Shown here piece after piece: positions 57,556-64,000 of a DNA stretch of 64,000 nucleotides. The notes beneath the pieces are model-generated. The model made no database searches, was not told where the DNA came from, and saw only the letters and a program-made list of their open reading frames with translations. Every line of letters begins with the position of its first letter. Within the stretch, counting starts at the first letter, position 1. This DNA comes from the human T2T-CHM13v2.0 reference genome, Homo sapiens, in the NCBI RefSeq assembly GCF_009914755.1, contig NC_060927.1. One strand, given 5' to 3'. The position numbers were made by a program, and so were the translations under genes.

Positions 57556-59789
57556 ATTTTCCACAGGAAAAGGACGGAATATAAAGGTGGAAAAATCAAC
57601 GGTTGTAATAACTCACCTTTCTTTTGACTGGACATACGTTTAACTTTGTTTTTTAAGACATAATAATTTAGAATTGATTTGCATAGGCATACCAATAGTT
57701 TAATTTCATGGTGACCCCCAACTCTGATTTCCTGCAGAATTTATTGCTTCTTTCACTCCTTGGCAGTTCACATATATTACTATTTATTATCATGCACCTT
57801 CTTTTTATATGCTCTTTCTTCCTAATTATACTGTCCTTCAAGGACATAGTCTTTTACTTATGACTCTCTATTTCCATAGTAAAACACAATACCTTGTCCA
57901 ATGTAGGTGATAAATTATTATTTGTCAATGAAGATATTAATGGTTTTGAAGTAATACAAATTATTGTAGCTATTGAAAAGTAAAATTACCATAGCAATTG
58001 ACAGTTTACAGAACATTTTTACATCCATTATTTATTTTAGTCTCCAAACACCCTATTCTCTATTTATATATGTCTTAATTTTTTCTCCAGGTTTGTGGTA
58101 GTAAATAAATTACTGATAAAAAATGAATTTTTTATAAATGACTTTTCTAATAGGAAATATGTTTTTAGTCCTGAAAGCAAGACATTTAATGAATTTTCCT
58201 TTTAAATAAGACATCATGAGATTATTTAGTTTCCTTCTTACCACAGTAGCTTAGCTATATTTGGAATTCAAAATTTAAAATAATTTATTTTTAACTGGAA
58301 GGGAAAAAAATCCACATTACTCTTCTCTTTCTGTTGATACAAAAAATTAACTTTGATATCTATGAATTACCTAACTGGTGATCCTGTAATACATTTTCAT
58401 ATGTACAGACAGTCATTAGTAGAAAATTAATGCAAGCAATTTCTTGCCAAATTTCAAAGTTAGTAAATAGGGCTTGAGAAAGTAAGTAATCCTGAAGGAT
58501 TCCACAACTAAATTATAATGGAAATAGTAAATTGGTAGCCAATTGAACGATTAAATCTGCCAGCTACCAACAATAATGTTTATTAAATCTATATTGCAAA
58601 ATGGGTTGACATTATAAATATAAACCTTTCCAAAATCAGAATATTAACCATGTAGTACAACAGTTTCACCACCATCATGCAAAATGATAATGCTAATTTC
58701 TAATTATTTTTAATCTTCTCTTTTTTTCAGAGAATTCACAATTCACTCTGAAGTATTAACTCATTCAAATTAAAACAATTTACTTACTTTAATTCATCCC
58801 TTAGAACACATTTCAAGTTAACAGATCTAAAACACATAAATACATACGGAGCTTGTCTCTTTCTTTTTTTGAAATGAAGCTACTACATTTAGCAAATAAA
58901 CTTGTCTAGCAGGATCCAGCAATAAATACCACTCAGCATCACAGAAGCTCTTGCCAATCATGACCAACACATTATGCAGTGCCTTATACCCAAGATCTCC
59001 AAAAATGTAGGTCAAAACCTAATAATTTTTGCTGCATATTTTCTCCTATCACAATATCTGAGATAAATATATTATTTGATTAATTATCCATAGGTAGGTT
59101 AAAATATTTCTGTTCTATCTAAGGATGCATCTAAGGCGGTTCAGTCACAGATTTCCACAGCAATTCACCAAATATAAATAACCAGAATGCTTAAATTTCA
59201 ACAAAAAAATCTATTTAGTGTTTTGCTTTGCTGGATTTAGTCCTGCTTTAAATATATGTTTTTAAATTGCAAATTTGTTGTTAAGAATTGATTTTTGACT
59301 GGTATGCATAAAGATGACTTCTCTATGGTCAGTAATCAAAAAACAAATTATTGACTTCATCAATCTAATGAAGGAAATTGTATTCTATATAGATCTCTTT
59401 TCTTTGAGCAAATATTGAATAGTATTAAGTTACATAGCTCAAAATTTGCATATTAAAATGTATTACCATAGAAGATTAAAATGTTTTCCTTTAATTCTAA
59501 AGCCTTTTGACATGGAATAGTTTTCACCAAACTTTAAGATGTGATGAAACTCATTCAAGCCACTGTTTGTATGTTTCTGCCTCAACAATATTTATTTGTA
59601 TGCAGCACTGTGGATATACTATTGTATAGACTCTTATAGGCCAATGAAGTGAAACTGCCCTTTTCTGTTGGTCACACTTTGTGCCCAAGAAGCTGAATTT
59701 GTTCAGAAGTATCTTTGTCTAATTCCACAAAGACATTATATCAACTGGAGAGATTATTGCTTTCATGCCTATACTTTACACACACAAGG

Positions 59790-60125
59790 TGTTTATTTTT
59801 TATTTAATTCCAATATATATGGAATAAATTGCCCAAACCTTAAATGCAGCTTAATTTTTTTGCAAATAAATATACTTCTATATATGTGCAGATCAAAGAT
59901 AGTGCATCAACATCCCTTATGGCCTTTTTCAGTCAGTATTTCTTCTCCCAGATTTAACTGTTACTCCCTTTATCCCCATAGAAACGTTGACCTGTTCTTG
60001 AACTTCTTATAAATGGATGCATTATTGTGTGCGTGTTTTTAGTTCTCACAATATTTATAGAAGATTTTAGTTCACGTATCAATTTGAGATTATCATTATG
60101 TTGCAAAAAATACTTCAAATGTATA
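59790..60125 (-). mobile_element. L1ME/L1MD-type 3' end
   Basis: aaattgcccaaaccttaaatgcagctt...cagatcaaagata...cctgttcttgaacttcttataaatgga. Confidence 0.65.
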
Positions 60126-61290
60126 TATTAATTTACGTATATGCATATATATATGTGTGGTTATGTTTATACACATATTATATATATATAATCAAACCAG
60201 TATTTTTGCCTTATTATCTAAAAGCTTCAGGATTTTGTGTTATGCTTGGTCATATTCTTAAAATAAAATTAGGAAACATAGAAATCCAGAATATTCTGTG
60301 AAAATTTTCTCATTAAATATCAAAGAGCTGTTATACTTGGCCTGATGAAAGAGTGAGCTATTCATACATTCACTACTGAAATTATTTGTTTCTTGATCCC
60401 TAGATCAGCGGCTTGCCTACTGGAATATACCTTCTCATGCAACAGTTCCTCTTTTAAACATTTTATTTTAATCTCTATAAATGAAATACAATGACAAAAA
60501 CTCTAAGAATCCATTTTTACAATAATTAAATAATTTCCAATGCTGCAATTTATTTCATTGTTTGGAATGCCAAGGTCTCAAACATGCTTCTTTGTTCTTT
60601 GTTAAGATAATGCTTTGTGATGTGAGAGAAACAAATCCCAGCTTACAAGGTTACATGATTTCCCTCACTGTTCTGTCATCTCATAAGATAAAATAGGTCA
60701 ATTTAATATTATTAATTATGCATAAATATTTACATCTCAGGAAAAGTCAATGTTCAAAAAATGCTGATTATTGAGCTCAAATGAACTATTTTTAAAATTT
60801 AAGATACAAATATATTGTTATTTGTTTCACAGCATTAGAATTTAATTTGATTAAGTTAGAGCTTCAAAATGAAGATATTAAAATAGGTACACATTTTTTC
60901 CAAAACTGTACCCCCAGAAAAATTAGAAAAAAAAAAAAACACAATAATTTTTAAAAAAGGTTTAAATTTGTGGAATTCACTCAACTTCAACCTACACAAA
61001 TGTGCAACGTTTATAAATTTCTTACTGTCATATATCTTAAAGCCATCAGACAGTATTCAGCCACGATTCAGTAACTGCATTTATTTTAGTGTCTGTTAGT
61101 TGCTTTAAAATTGTGTAAACATTTGAGGAAAGATTTTCTTTTGCCAGAAAATTTGCATTAAAATTTTCATTTGTTTGATTTTACTGAGTAGGGTGTGGGT
61201 TTTGGAACAATCCTACCATAATTTTCCAAGTATATTTTTAAGATTCAAGTTTTTTTTTATTTATTTAAATATCTATATCTATATCTACCT

Positions 61291-61294
<4 letters not shown>

Positions 61295-61324
<30 letters not shown>
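61295..61324. repeat. (AC)15 microsatellite preceded by short (TATATC)n
   Basis: Perfect dinucleotide run. Confidence 0.97.
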
Positions 61325-61326
<2 letters not shown>

Positions 61327-61638
61327 CACTCCATGTTACAAGCCTATAAATCCTATATTTACCCCTTCAGTATGCTGATATTCTCTTCAGCTCTATTAAG
61401 TACTGAACAATAGGAATTTATTCGAAATTTTGAAGAACTTCAGAGAGAGTTAAGGCACAACTATCCTGCTATTGACTTGGCCATTCAATGTATTATCTCA
61501 ATGACAAAACTAGTTTTCTATGAATCTATTGATTCATCGTTAAATTCTACAGAGCCATTAACTCAATATGGATACCAGGATTTTAATTATTTTTCAGAGC
61601 CCTTATCCCAATACCACCTGTGGAAATAGTATGGGTAG

Positions 61639-61699
61639 GAAAGAGCTTTGCAGTGTATGAAGACAGAGCAGTGTATATAGAAAGAGCTTTGCAGTGTAT
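61639..61699. repeat. Degenerate ~20-bp tandem repeat (2 exact copies, 1 partial)
   Basis: gaaagagctttgcagtgtat at 61639-61658 and 61680-61699, with gcagtgtat between. Confidence 0.85.
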
Positions 61700-62311
61700 A
61701 AAGCAGACCCATGTTCTAGTTCGTCTCCACTTACATGCACACCTCTTAATATGTATTTTCTCAGTAATTTGATTCAACTCTCAGATCATTTGTACACATA
61801 TTGATTTACCCTACCAAGTAAGATAGGCAACTACGTCTCCAAGGCTTTCTTCCTTACTACAATAATAGAAGGATATCCTTAGCAGGCAGAATAGGGTAGG
61901 AAAAAATTATTTTTATAGTCAGTTAAATCATTTGACAACGGACAACAGACACTGATGAAGTCCCTGTGCTCACAGACTTCACTTCAGTTCTCCATATAAA
62001 CTGGTCCCAAGAGCCCAAATTAAGCTCTTTTACAGTACAAAGAGATGACTATAACACTTCCTTTGTCAATATATTTGGGCCAAAGTTACACGTGCCATAA
62101 TTTATGGTAAAGGGCTCTAAGGGTTCATTTAGTTGTTAAATTAGGGATAGATCTGAGCTAAGTCTTAAAAATCAAGGCTCTGTCTAAATACGCTTCTTCT
62201 GAAGCTTACTTCTCTGAAGACCTGAGATGAATCTTCAGGTGAATAAGAATACAAGCTAATTTTATATGGTAGCAAAGAGACAACTTTTCCACTTATAATT
62301 TAACATAAGCT

Positions 62312-62562
62312 AGGGTAAAGTAGTGCCACTGGGATCCGGAGGCAGGTTGTTTGGATTCAAATTTCCACATTGTGCTTTCTGTCTGTGTGAGCCCATGCAA
62401 TTTGCTTAGCCTCTGTAAGCTTCAATTTTTGCTTTTGAAAATGGACATGATGTGAAAAGAACCTACTTCATGAGATTGCTGGGATATTCAGTGAGTCATG
62501 CAAGTTAATTAGCACAGGACCTGGAACATAGCAAGCACTCAGTAAATATTAGCTATTATTTT
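62312..62562 (+). mobile_element. MIR SINE, near full length
   Basis: ttggattcaaat...ctgtgtgagcccatgcaatttgcttagcctctg...acctacttcatgag...ctggaacatagcaagcactcagtaaatattagctattatt. Confidence 0.85.
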
Positions 62563-64000
62563 TTCATTGCTATTTTTGCCTTTATTGTTATTATAAGGGT
62601 TTCTAACAATGTACAACACTTAACAAACATTTTAATACCCACTAGAAGTTTCCATTTTCAAGTGTCAGACAACTGAGTCAATTGAAATTCCTGAGGAATC
62701 AGCAGCCTCTGGACACGTTGACCATTCATCTCTGTAGATTCGCTAGGCTTTATCCCTGTATCAAGTCAGATCATCACAATGGTACACACAAGGACTATAT
62801 TACTTTACCCCCGTTTTAAATGCTTTGACAGAGCTATGATCTGGCACCATGCCCTTGGCTTCTTATCAAAGGTCAGTGCAAGAAATGACCATATGAAGAA
62901 TGTTTCTGCTCTTTTTGTAAAACTGCTATTGAAGATACTGTCCAGTTTTGTGTTTAATGTTCCTTAGACAAAGACTCTTGCTATAAATTCTTCTTAGAGC
63001 TAAATTTAATGATTTTGGTGTATCTCTTCTTTTGTTTTAAAGTACTTTGTCCTTTTGGGAAACAGAAAAGGCTTTAATAATAAATAGAAGATGCCTTTCA
63101 CATGTGCCATTCTAGAAAATGTAACCAGCTACTGCTCTGTTTCCAAAACGAATACATTTATTCTTCTTTTCTTGTTTCAAACTTAAAGCATTATCACAAT
63201 AGACAATATTTGCATGTGAAAAGATAATCTTCAAAGTAGGGAAAGAGTTGTGATACTGATGATAAAATTTCAGGGCACGGACTGTTTGGAGGGCACAGGA
63301 TTTCATAGTTTCTATCAATTCACATCATATATGTCAGTGGTTGAAAAGTGGAAGACCTTTGACTGTTGTTCGGTTTGAACAGTATTTTAGAAGATCTTAT
63401 GAGGGGCAGGTGCTACACTTAACCACAATACAAGCATTTGGGCACCTATTGTCATACTCAAGATCTTTTCCCTGCCGAATTCATCTCTGCAACCAGGGTC
63501 ATGTTCAAAAGTGGTAGAATGTGACTTTAAGAGTCACTATTTCATTACTTTAGGCAGCAGAATCCCTTGGAAATTTACATAAAAGCTTGCAAAACTTGGA
63601 GCAAATATGTTCTGGAAAGCTAAAGGGAGCATGGGAAAAAAGGTTTATGCTTCTGTCCCTCAGTCATTTTGCTCACCTTCTAAAATAGAGTGGTTTTTTC
63701 TGTTCCTTTTTGTGTCACCATGGGATCTGATGATCACCCTCTGAAAGTATGGAAGCAGGAACAGAAATTTTTACATCACCAATTCTTTCTCAGAGGCTAT
63801 TCTCTCCAACCTGGAATTGGGAAAGCTAGAGAACTTAGCTTTTCTCTATTAGTTTATAAAAATATATGTATTATATAGCCTGAAATATTGTTCTCATAAT
63901 GAAGGGAGTGTGGTGAGTCTATGGGAAAAGTGAGTGGTTCTAAACTATGCTAGAGGCCAATAATGAGAAAATGATTATTCTGCCCATGAGAAAACACTGC

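Noticed and set aside
57617-57731. Minus-strand exon-like segment ending AAG|gtgagt
   Set aside because: The acceptor lacks a pyrimidine tract.
61639-61699. Repeat-spacer-repeat pattern reminiscent of CRISPR
   Set aside because: Primate DNA, only two copies, the spacer is itself a degenerate unit, and there are no cas genes.

Overview
AT-rich, CpG-poor great-ape (most likely human) genomic DNA, intronic or intergenic, with no recognisable host protein-coding exon. The main feature is a full-length, + strand L1PA2-like LINE-1 at 42915-48941. It has a target-site duplication (TSD), an intact 338-aa ORF1, an open antisense ORF0 and an ORF2 broken by at least 4 stops and 3 indels. The window also holds four Alus (all - strand), a 5'-truncated L1PA5-like copy, older L1M fragments, solo LTRs (MSTD-like; MER21 nested in LTR33), hAT elements (MER63, MER91), many L2/MIR relics and two CA/TG microsatellites. 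The best leads lie in unique sequence: a well-formed, CpG-retaining 89-nt exon candidate (11506-11594, -) and a 33-nt one (2870-2902, -). These suggest a large minus-strand transcription unit that the L1 antisense promoter/ORF0 points into. There is also a 4-nt TAGT micro-exon-like signal (56274-56277, +) and a strong CTCF motif (57537-57555). Repeat subfamily names come from recalled consensus sequences and old-repeat boundaries are approximate. Nothing here demonstrates a new biological system; the splice-related ideas are testable hypotheses.
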